Assembly: GCA_951406725.2 (NCBI GenBank) | Contig: OX597827.1 | Span: forward strand, 23,746,001-23,810,000 | DNA: 64,000 nt | Origin: Octopus vulgaris | Lineage: Eukaryota | Reading direction: 5' to 3' | Part shown: positions 53,383 to 64,000 of the stretch, one piece after another | How the letters are laid out: every line of letters begins with the position of its first letter | Position numbering within the stretch: the first letter of the stretch is position 1 | The notes under the pieces: generated by a model | What the model saw: only the letters and a program-made list of their open reading frames with translations | Told to the model about the DNA's origin: nothing | Database searches by the model: none | Translations under genes and position numbers: made by a program

Positions 53383-55247
53383 CAATGTGGTGGGTGTCTG
53401 TAATGTCTCAATCAGTGATGTTGTTCTGTGTCTGGGAAATCTTGGGTATTATGGAAGGAAATACGCAGCATTTTCTGTGGACTTTATGGTTATGGTTACC
53501 TAGCAACAGCTTAGACATTTAAGGACACTTGTGTTGCCCTAGCAACATCTCTATTTTCCTGCTCTTCATTTCAAATTATTGTGTGTGTGTGTATCATCTA
53601 GCTATCTGTGTGCATATATACACACACATCACACCTATGGTGAGAAGGTATGGAGATTGTAAGACCAATATAACAGTCTTCTCCACACACACACATACAC
53701 CACCACCACTACCACCACCACCATGGAGAAATACCTTCAGTTCTCCCTCCATTTACTCTTCAATGTTGTCAGGGTAGTTGGGTACAAGGAACTGCTGCTT
53801 GCAGAACCTAACCTACCCCTTTTTGCTACCCTACAATACTGTTATGTGTAGTGGTGGTAGGGTGGAGTGGAGTGGGTGCAATTTTCGTTCTTTCTTTTCT
53901 GTGTATATGCGTTTGTCTATAACATACACGCACACTTACACACACACACACACACACACACATACATATGTATACACACACTCACACTCATACACATACA
54001 CACATGCGGTGGTGGTGTTTGTGAGTGTGTGGGTGTACACACAAATGCTATTCATTTTCCAGAAGTGATGGCAGAACTGTTTTCACTGCTGCTACTACTC
54101 CTACAGCTACTACTTTGAACATCTTTACAATATTATTGCTTTGTTTACACCTCAGGTTTTTACCTGATGATAGCGCTGCACGCGCGCGCGTGTGTGTGTG
54201 TGTGTGGTTAAGTGTTTTAATCAGTTCGATATTGTCACATTGATTCTGTATATTTGTTACTACAATGACAGTGAGGTTGAAGAATAGGGGACTGCTCTGA
54301 CAGTACGTGGTGGTGGTGTAGAAGTTGCTAGATAATGGGGGTGGGGGTGGGGTTAGTGAGAGCCAAGTCAACCGTAACTGATCAAATCATTTAATCGAAG
54401 GTATTCTGGCCATGACTATCCTATCACTGTGTTTGCCCCCCTCCCACCACCACCACCACCACCACTAGACAACCAGTGTCAGTGTGTTTACATCCCTGTA
54501 ACTTAGCAGTTCGGCAAAAGAGATAGAATAAGTCCCAAGCTTTAAAAAAATACTGGGGTTGATTCATTTGGCTAAAATTCTTCCAAGTGGTGCCCCAGCA
54601 TGGCCACAGTCCAATGACTGAAACAAGTAAAAAGATAGAAAAATATTTAATGTATATGTATATACGGTGTGTATATATAATGTATTTGAATATATGGTGC
54701 ATGTATATATGATGTGTGTGTATATATATATATGTGTGTGTGTGTGTGAGACACTCTTTATCTTCCTCGTCCTCTGCTTCTCTCTCTCTCTCTCCTCCCT
54801 CATTCTCCCCACCACCACCAATTCTACCACATCTCAATCAGGTTGCATTAATTAACCACTCTTCTACAGGCACACACACACACATTATACAGCTCTGAGC
54901 TGTTTGCAACGCCATTGACATTCATTAACTCAAGTAGCTCAGTCCACTTGGCTGAAACTAGGTGTCACTCTAAGTAGCAACTGGAGGCAGTAACACTCTG
55001 CTGTTTGCAAGGTCAACAAACTCATTATGTAGCCCAGTCCATCTGGCTGAAACTAGTTCTGACACTGTATGTATCCAACCACTGTAATTGGCCCTCATGC
55101 TCCCCAGGGGCCATAGTGAACAGCAGTCCTGGGCAAACTGTGATCTGCGAGATGTTCTGAATTGCTAGCCTTTGTTCACAGGGAAAACATCATTATCGTT
55201 TAATATCCACCTTCCATGCTGGCATGGGTTGGATGCTTTGACAGGAG

Positions 55248-55471
55248 TTGGCAGAATCGTTAGCACGCCAGGCAAAATGCTTAGCAGTATTTCATCTGCT
55301 GTTACGTTCTGAGTTCAAATTCTGCCGAGGTTGACTTTGCCTTTCATCCTTTCGGGGTCGATTAAATAAGTACCAGTTATGCACTGGGGTCGATATAATC
55401 GACTTAATCCGTCTGTCTGTCCTTGTTTATCCTCTCTGTGTTTAGCCCCTTGTGGGTAGTAAAGAAATAGG
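55248..55471 (+). mobile_element. Meta-type SINE (alternative tail) inserted into an RTE 3' fragment
   Basis: 11-bp TSD tttgacaggag at 55237-55247 and 55472-55482; same tail as 24970-25205(-). Confidence 0.85.
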
Positions 55472-56537
55472 TTTGACAGGAGCTGACCTAGCAGAAGTCT
55501 GCACCTGACCTCTGTGTCTGTTTTGGCAGGGTTTTTATGGCTGGATGCCCTTCCTAACACCAACCACTTTGCAGAGTGGACCAAGTGCTTTTCACGTGGC
55601 ACCAGCAATGGCATGCTCAGGCATGGCTGTGTGGTTATGAAGCTTGCTTCCCAACCACATGGTCCCAGGTTCAGTTCCACTATTATGTGGCATCTTAGGC
55701 AAGTGTCTTCTACTATAGCCTTTGGCCTACCAAAGACTTGGTAAGTGAATTTGGTAGATGGAAACTGAAAGAATCCCATCAATAAAAGAGACTAACAGCA
55801 TAAGTACCAAACTTGAAAAAATAAATACTGTGGTCAGTTCAGTTTACTAAAAATTCTTCTAGACAGTGCTCCAGTATGGCCACAGTGTAATGACTAAAAC
55901 AAATAAAAGATAAAAGGTTAAAAAAAAATCCACCAGTCATGCTGCAGGGTGGGTGGGGTCTGGAAGGGAGTATCACTTTACAAGACCGTTTGCCCCCTTT
56001 TCTTACTCTCCCTCCTTCATCTGAGCTTATACCACCAATGGAGTGAGGGGAAGGAAGAGGAAGAGGAGGCAGAGTGTCTGTTCGGGTGTGGGAGGCTGTT
56101 CAGCTCTGTAAGAAATTACTGCGCATTGAGATTTCTTTGGATGATAATAGATTCAAACCACCCCCACTCCATCACCTACCCCTGCCAACAGGTAGATACT
56201 ACTTAACAGATGTGGCCTCCTTCCCTCTACATGTGTGTGTGTGTGTGTGTGTGTGTGCATCTGAGCTTTAGAATTTCCATTGTGTGTGTGTGTGTGTGTG
56301 TGTGTTATATAAGATGTACATTCCCATGTAGGTGTGTCTAACCGTGTTTGTTAACATAGCTAAATGCGAAAGACATGTAGCTTATACATGACTGTTTTCT
56401 CTGCCTCACACACACACAACTGTTTTTTGTTGTCTCATGCACATATGCTCACACATGTGCCTTAAATGATGCATTGCTGAATGGTACATCAGTTATGGTG
56501 GGGGTGGTAGTAGGAGTAGTAGCTGTAGATGTTTGAC

Positions 56538-56568
<31 letters not shown>

Positions 56569-58342
56569 ATGTGTGTGTATATATATATGCATGTATATAT
56601 TTCTACACACTGTAGTTGTAACCAAAAATATTTGTTGTCTTCCTTCCTTCCTACATGTAAAGTAGGCACAGTAAAGTACGCACACACTCGTTGTATAACA
56701 TAGATACAGAAGACAAAGATTCCATACTTCAGAAACATATGAACAGCCTTCTGCATCTTTGGGTGTATACACACACGTCTACGTATTCACACACACAAGC
56801 ATCTACCATCTGCCTAAACACGCACACACACACACAATGTCTACACATACACACGCTATTTACACCCATATCTACATACTCATTCACCTAGATACTTTCT
56901 ACAGCCATCCCTATACACACACACATCCACATTCAAGTTTACACATATACACACACAATGTACATCCATGTCTATACACGCACACAATCACACGCACACA
57001 GTCAAAATTACATAAACATTCAAAAGCACTTACTTACACACCTACACACACAACTAGAATTACTCACACACACACACACGCACATGCACGCACGCACATC
57101 AGACAGGCCAAAACAAGATGTGCGATTGTTAATGTAAGCAGGATTCTGTGCCTTTGACCAAGTTTGGTAAACAACCTTGATCACTCTTCTAGACAGTCTG
57201 TGTCTGTTCTGCTATCTGCTGCCACATTCTGTTTATCAAACCATTCTATAGGAAACAGACTCTGCTGTGAAGTGGCTGCTACACCATAATCTATTCAATG
57301 GTTGCTGAAGGAATCTGCTTGGGAACAATATGCTTCTGAGTTTGACCTCACTCTGTGACACCTTCAGCTAATGCCAGCCAATGTTTGGTTGGAGGAATTT
57401 TATAGACAAACTGTATGGAAGCCTACCACATCATCAGTATCATCATCATCATCATCGTTTAATGTCTGCTTTCCATGCTGAGATATGAGTTGGATGGTTT
57501 GATGGGGAACTGGTGAGCTACAGGGCCGCATGAAGCTGTAGTGTTATCTTTGGTGTAGTTCCTGCGGTTGGAAGCCCTTCCTAACACCAACCACTTTACA
57601 GAATATAATATTTTGTTTTGGTTGAGTCAGTCTCTTACTACTTTGGGATTCCTCAGTAGGAACACAGGCTCTTCAGGCAAATTCTGACAGGAGGATTGAT
57701 GCGTTTAACACATTTATATAGTTTTGTAGTCATAGTTAAGGCACATGCTTCAGTGGTTAGAGCGTTGGGTTCATGGTCATGAGGTAATGAGTTTGATTCC
57801 CGGACAGGGCTGTGTGTTGTGTTCTTGAGCAAGACATTTTATTTCACATTTCCCCAGTTCACTCAGCTGTAGAAATGAGTTGTGGTGTCATTGGTGCCAA
57901 GCTGTATTGGTCCCTTTGCCTTTCCTTTGGATAACTTCAGTGGCATGGAGAGGGGAGGCCGGTATACTTGGGTGACTGCTGGTCTTCCATAAACAACCTT
58001 ACCCAGACTTGTGCCTCAGAGGGTAACTTTCTACATTTAGTGCATGGTCATTCATGACCAAAAGGATTTTTTTCTTTTTTTTTTAATTATAGAATGTAAT
58101 AATTAGAAAACTTTAATTATATACACACATACAAATACACACATACACGCACACATACATGCATATATACACACACACACACACACATACATACATACAT
58201 ACATAATGTGCAAACCCTGTCAATTTCCCTGGGAATCCTGTGCCCCTACAGACTAAACTCAGTAGCAAGAGGGTCATTCAGCCAAAATGAAATATCATTA
58301 ATCTCTACTATGGTATTGAGTACACATTTTAATGAGATTCCC

Positions 58343-58381
<39 letters not shown>

Positions 58382-58836
58382 ACTCGCATACACTCACGTA
58401 CACAGGTGCACATGTATATGGACAAATATCTTTTCCCACTGTTTCTTGTTGATCGATATCTTGGGGTTGGAATTTGTCAGATGAAGACTATGGAAATCCA
58501 TCTTGTGTTTTTGGGTGTGAGCTGATGCAAAAGCCTTATTTGTAGTTACTCTGTCAAAGGACCTCATTTGATAGCTGATCTCACCCATTGGATAAACAGA
58601 GGTTGATAAATTGAACACCAGACTAGATACTGTGGCTGATATCATTGATTAGAACTGATCATGGTGATGCCCCAGCATGGCCACAGCCCAAAGACTAAAA
58701 ATGGTGGAGTGAATAAAACATAGAAATAGTCATGTATAGTCTTATGTTGATCTGTATATAGTATAAAAATATATATAGTGCCTACCCTTCTATTGTATGG
58801 TACTATTTATACTGTCTACAACTGTGTAATAGTGTG

Positions 58837-58896
58837 GCCAATGGGCCATTCATAGAACATTGTGCCAATGGGCCATTCATAGAACATTGTGCCAAT
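58837..58896 (+). repeat. 27-bp tandem duplication (2.2 copies)
   Basis: gccaatgggccattcatagaacattgt twice, followed by gccaat. Confidence 0.9.
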
Positions 58897-59433
58897 TCCT
58901 TGTATGAGAATGTATTGCATTGCTTATCATTTTGTATGTTGCCTCTGGTGATTGGATGTCAGTGAGATGAAGCGCTAAACCATGGATCGATCTGTTAGAA
59001 ACGGCAGTCAAATCTCCCTCAAGTCACTCCTTGTCATCTCAAAACAGAAGTGACAGGATTGTTTAGATATAAATAGCTATGTTACAAAATTACATTTTAT
59101 ATTCTGATTGCTCGTGTATGAGGTCTGATCAAAAGTAACAAGGACTCTTGCTATAAAAAGGAAACCATAATCCATATGAGTTTGGTATTTAATCTCCTTC
59201 AAAGTAATCCCCCTTCTGAAGCCACACACTTAATCCAGAATCTTTTCCATTGATGGAAGCAAGTGTTCCTGGGACTCGTTTCTGGGGTTAGGGAGCAAAT
59301 ATTCCTCATTGTATTCTCTTAGATTTCCTTGACATCGTGTAATCTTGCTAGGGTCTTTCACTGCAAAGACTGAGCCATGGTTTTGTTTAGGACCAGAGCC
59401 ATAGACCCACGATTCCTCACCTTTTTATGACTA

Positions 59434-59890
59434 CATTATTTACATTTGATGGATATTTGTCCTCGTTTTGTTTGTTGTTAACACAACATTTCAGCTGATA
59501 TACCCTCCAGCCTTCATCAGGTGTCTTGGGGGAAATTTCGAACTTGGGTTCTCATTCCTAAGGTATTTTTTGATGTTATTATTATTATTCAGGTCACTGC
59601 CTGGAATCGAACTCTGAATCTTGGGGTTAGTAGCCCACACTCTTAACCATTACACCATATGCCCGTGGAATGAGAACCCAGAATTGAAATTTCCCAGGTT
59701 CTTAGGAATGAGAACCCAGGTTTGAAATTTCCCAGGTTCTTAGGAATGAGAACCCAGGTTCAAAATGTCCCCAAGACACTTGGTGAAGGCTGGAGGGTAT
59801 CTCAGCCAAAACGTTGTGTTAACAACAAACAAGATGAGGTCAAATATCCATCAAATGTAAATAATTCCTCATCTCTTAAATATAGAACTG
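59434..59890. mobile_element. Second inverted-dimer copy with a full tRNA-like head, inserted into a mariner remnant
   Basis: Same termini (acattatttacatttg ... aaatatagaactg); 10-bp TSD tttatgacta at 59424-59433 and 59891-59900; minus-strand A box TGGTGTAATGG and B box GTTCGATTCC (59603-59612). Confidence 0.85.
59480..59525 (-). ncRNA. Minimal type I hammerhead motif with intact CUGAUGA/GAAA boxes
   Basis: Minus strand: GACAC-CTGATGA-A-GGCTG-gagggtatat-CAGCT-GAAATGT-T-GTGTT. Confidence 0.65.
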
Positions 59891-62800
59891 TTTATGACTA
59901 TTTTCTAAAAATATTCATCCTCCTTGACACAATCAATGAGATCCTGCATAGCTGAAATCCAATCTTGTTCTGAAATGACCATACTCTACATACTTTGCTT
60001 CCAAGCACTGCAATAAACATCAGAAATGAGCGAGAACTTTTTAAATTTGTGTTTGTGTACAAAAGAGTTCAAGGTCAATCTGGGCCAAGGAGCTTCACTT
60101 CGTGTATTTTAGCTGTTACCATAGCAACAGTCCTGATACTTTTTGACCAAACCTCTTACCTCTGCTCATCTTGTCCTCTAATATCTTATATACCTCCATT
60201 TGTCTTAACTGAGCTGTTATGCGATATCTCAAAGCAGCCCACTTTATCTTCTACAATAATAACCCAACTTCCTCTCACATTATAATCTCTTAGTAATACA
60301 TCATCCACCCAAGTTCAACACCCTTATGTCCCATATCTCAGACTCGCTAAGTCATGTCTGTACCCTGGGTTACCATCCTTTACCAATATTGTCTGAATAA
60401 TAAACCATTTGGTGATTAAGACTCACCCTGATGTATTATCCACCCTGAGTCTGCTCTTAAACACCATTGTCATCCTTCTCAAATGTTGCCTGACTCACAA
60501 ACCATCTAGTCCTAGATTTTTTGTTGTACACCCTCCATACCCTGACACCCTGATAAATATTTTCTGACTCATAATTGTAACACATGCTCAGTTCTAGATT
60601 CTCACGCAAATGTTTGACATATTCAATGTTTATTTAGTGTTAAGGAAACTGGAATGAAGCTATGATTCAGTGAAGTGGGCAGTTGTTTTGGAATATCAAC
60701 CATGTTTGCTAAGTGATGCCACTTGAATAACTCGGTGCCAAAATTGGGTGCCGAGAAAATTAGTTCAAGTGGTGTTGTTTGTCTGTTGACTTTTTAACAT
60801 TTCTTCCCCCTCTTCAGTTCCTGCAGAAATTTTGGCTTCACCATCTTGAGGAAGGATTGAATTCTATGCATTAGCAGCTGCTGCTACTACTACTACTACT
60901 ACTACTACTTACTGTAGCCTAAATAAGAGTCTGTGGTTGAATAACTTTTTTTAAAAACATTTTGGATTTTATTTTATTTTCTCCACTTTGTTTCCTTGGT
61001 AACCCACTTATAATGATGGTGAAGGTGGCGGTGGTGGTGGTGCTGATGATGGAGATTATGATGATTTGTGATGATGATGATCATCATCATCGTCATAATC
61101 ACCATCACTACCACCTTCCCTGTCACCACCACCACCATCTTCGTTATCTTTTATCTTCATCACAAGCACCATAATCTCACCCCTCCTCCTCCACCACCAC
61201 CACCAGCCTCCAGTCTAATTTAAATGTAATAATATTTTGTTATCAGATTTTCAATAAATATGCAACATTTCATTATTTTCTCTTTTCATCATTGAAACGT
61301 TTCTTGTAACTGTTGTTGTTGTTGTTGTTAGTGGTAGTGGTGGTGGTGGTGTAGGTGGTAGTAGTGGTAGCATTGTTGTTAGAGAGCAGGGGTCAAATCT
61401 GGTCAGACTCTTTATATCACAATGAACCAATGAAATTGCTTCTATAAGTCATGATCCCCCACACACACGCATACACAAACTACACTCACTCACACACATC
61501 TATACTCGTGAATACACACACACACACACACAAAGTCTAGGAATCTAAGAGAAAATCCACATTGATTTATTGATTGATTTTTTACCATATCTATGTGTGG
61601 AAACAGTTTGGATGTTGCTAGACAAAAATGATGGTGGTGATGATGATGATGATGATGATGATGGTAAGAATCGTTTCAACCCTAGGCTCAAGGCCTGAAA
61701 TTTGTGGGAAGGAGGAGAGTCGATGACATTTATCCCAGTGCCATAACTGGTGTGTATTTCATCGACCCTGAAAGGATTAAAGTCAAAGTCGACCTTGGTG
61801 GAATTTGAACTCAGGACATTGCAGCAGATGAAATACTGCTAAGCATTTCACCCGGTATGCTAATGATTCTGCCAGTTCGCCACCTTAACGATAATTATTT
61901 TAATAATGAAGTAAAAGAAGGAATGAGATGAAGAGAATATGCAAGTGCAGGTGTCTCTGTGTGGTAAGAAGTTTGCTTCTCAACCATATGGTTCTGGGTT
62001 CAGTCCCACTTCATGGTCCCTTGGGCAAGTGTGTTCTACCATAGCCTCAGGCTGACCGAAGCCTTGTCAGTGGATTTGGTAGACAGAAACTGAAAGAAGC
62101 CCATCATGAGTGAGTGTGTGTGTGTGTGTGTATGCCTTACTCTCTGAGTACATCCCCAGTTACCTCCCTTTTTATAGTCTCCCTCTCTTCACATTAAACT
62201 CTCTCCCTCATTTCAACCATCTGTTTGCTAAATTGTTGGAAATTAATGAAAGTCACAAAGTACCATTAATATTTATACCTTGTTATAAACTAAATAAATA
62301 ACAAATGATATTTTGGAGGTGGTGGTAGTAGTTGTAGTAGCAACAAACTTCACTTTCGAGTTTGTCTTTAAATTCCTATGTTTGTCACCTTGCATTGTGG
62401 TCAGTGTTGCTGACAGTGGTGATGATCATGTTGTGGAGTTTGTAGTATCAAAAAAGAAAGAGAGAATGACATGGTAGTGGCGGTGGTGGTGGTGCTGCTG
62501 CTGCTGTTGATGTGGTAATGTTGTAGTATAGTAATCAGAACACTCCAAAGTCAGGGGGATGAGATGAGTTGAACTCGATGGGTTCACGTTAAACCATCAA
62601 CATATTAAAGTGTTAATTAACCCTTGCCCAACTGATCCAATTTGATTGATTTTCATTCCATTTTGCACCCCGCAACAACAAAGGGTTGAGGCCTGTAGCT
62701 TAGTGGTTAGGATGTCGGACTTGTGATGGTAAGATTGTGGTTTCAATTCCTGGATCAGGCGACATGTGTTAATGAGCAAAGCAGTTCATTTCACATTGCT

Positions 62801-63939
62801 CCAGTCCACTCAGCCAGCAAGAGTGAGCAATCCTGCAATGGACTGACATCCCATCCAGTGGGAAATTTATACGCTTCAAAAGGATCTTTACTTATATCCT
62901 TATCAACAACAAAGGGTTAATGTCAAACCGTCACCATAATGAAGTGTTAATAACCCTAATCCAATGGAAGTGGCTTATTGTGATCACATTTTGATGACAA
63001 TAATAAGCTGATAATACTAAGCAGAGGATCTAATAATATCTCTTACTTTTTTACCTGTTTCAGTCATTTGACTGTGGCTATACTGGAGCACCGCCTTTAG
63101 TCAAGCAAATTGACCCCAGGACTTATTCTTTGTAAGCCTAGTACTTATTCTATAGGTCTATTTTGCCAAACTACTAAGTTACCAGCATTGGTTGTCAAGC
63201 AATGTTGGGGGGACAAACACAGACACACAAACATATACTCACACACACACACACACACATACATGATGAGCTGTTTTCGGTTTCTGTCTACCAAATCCAC
63301 TCACAAAGCTTTGGTCAGCCCGAGGCTATAGTAGAAGACACTTGCCAAAAGTGCCACGCAGTGGGACTGAGCCCAGAACCATGTGGTTGGTAAGCAAGCT
63401 GCTTACCACACAGCCACTCCTGTAGTTGTTTCTATCAATTTTTTATCTTTTATCATTTACTTGTCTCAGTCATTAGACTGTGGCCATACTGGGGCACTGC
63501 CTTGAGGAATTTTAGTCGAATAAATCGCCCCCAATACATTTTTTTAACGCTGGTACTTATTCTATTGGTCTCTTTTGGTGAACTGCTAAGTTACCTGGAT
63601 ATAAATACACAAACACACACACACACACATATACAACAGGCTTCTTTCAGTTTCTATCTCAAGTTCATTCACAAGGCTTTGATTGGCTTGAAGCTATAGT
63701 AGAAAGCACCTACCCAAGATGCCCTGCAGCGGGACTGAACCTGGATCCATCTGGTTGGGAAGCAAACTTCTTACCTCACAGCCATTTTAGATAAAGAGCT
63801 GAGACCCACTAATTTTGATCCCCAAAGCTGTTTTGATGACATCAGATATTATATTAGTTAGAATTTACAGAAAGACAAAGACAGGTGTGTATGAACAACA
63901 AGCAGGTGTACTAGTTTGACACTCAGGAAAGTGAGAAAG

Positions 63940-63977
63940 TTTTTTACATTTCGAGCCTACACTCTTCAGCAGAAAGG
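63940..63977 (-). ncRNA. Second copy of the 38-nt hammerhead-like motif (element ~63865-64000)
   Basis: Minus strand: CCTTT-CTGCTGA-A-GAGT-gtag-GCTC-GAAATGT-A-AAAAA; flanks resemble 51120-51260. Confidence 0.5.
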
Positions 63978-64000
63978 AATAAGAGAAAATAGAGAGAGAA

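Larger units (their letters stand above)
59117..59965 (-). mobile_element. Mariner transposon remnant, internally deleted and interrupted
   Basis: TA-tgaggtctgatcaaaag TIR-like end; minus-strand WIKCVASEGDYFEGD* (mariner C-terminus) and GEESWVYG, resembling the GDETWVYGYD motif. Confidence 0.8.

Noticed and set aside
55949-56195. Possible exon (…ISLDDNRFKPPPLHHLPLPT, CAG/GTAGAT)
   Set aside because: Weak donor, no clear acceptor and no similarity to the coiled-coil frame; needs RNA-seq.

Overview
Eukaryotic, AT-rich and microsatellite-dense DNA whose SINE/LINE content looks like an octopus (coleoid cephalopod) genome; the organism is inferred, not verified. I can support three + strand coding exons of one unidentified coiled-coil gene: 1053-1208, 41962-42183 and 46288-46449. 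All are phase 0 with GTAAGT donors, the first intron is about 40.7 kb, and the gene continues beyond the window. The rest is intron filled with tRNA-derived CORE-type and Meta-type SINEs, RTE-clade LINE 3' fragments with (GAT)n tails, piggyBac-like and hAT-like MITEs, a Helentron-type element and mariner/Tc1 remnants. The main finding is a set of small non-coding elements from several families that carry minimal type I hammerhead-ribozyme motifs with a palindromic helix III, as known for Penelope-like elements. One family (29797-30226 and 59434-59890) combines a tRNA-like Pol III head, a hammerhead and a short 3' tail, and it sits as a head-to-head inverted dimer with 10-bp target-site duplications, so it looks like a Penelope-mobilised ribozyme SINE/retrozyme. 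Also notable are two near-perfect inversion-duplications (an RTE and a SINE), deeply nested insertions, and a second CpG-rich island inside intron 1. Almost all supplied ORFs are microsatellite or repeat artefacts.
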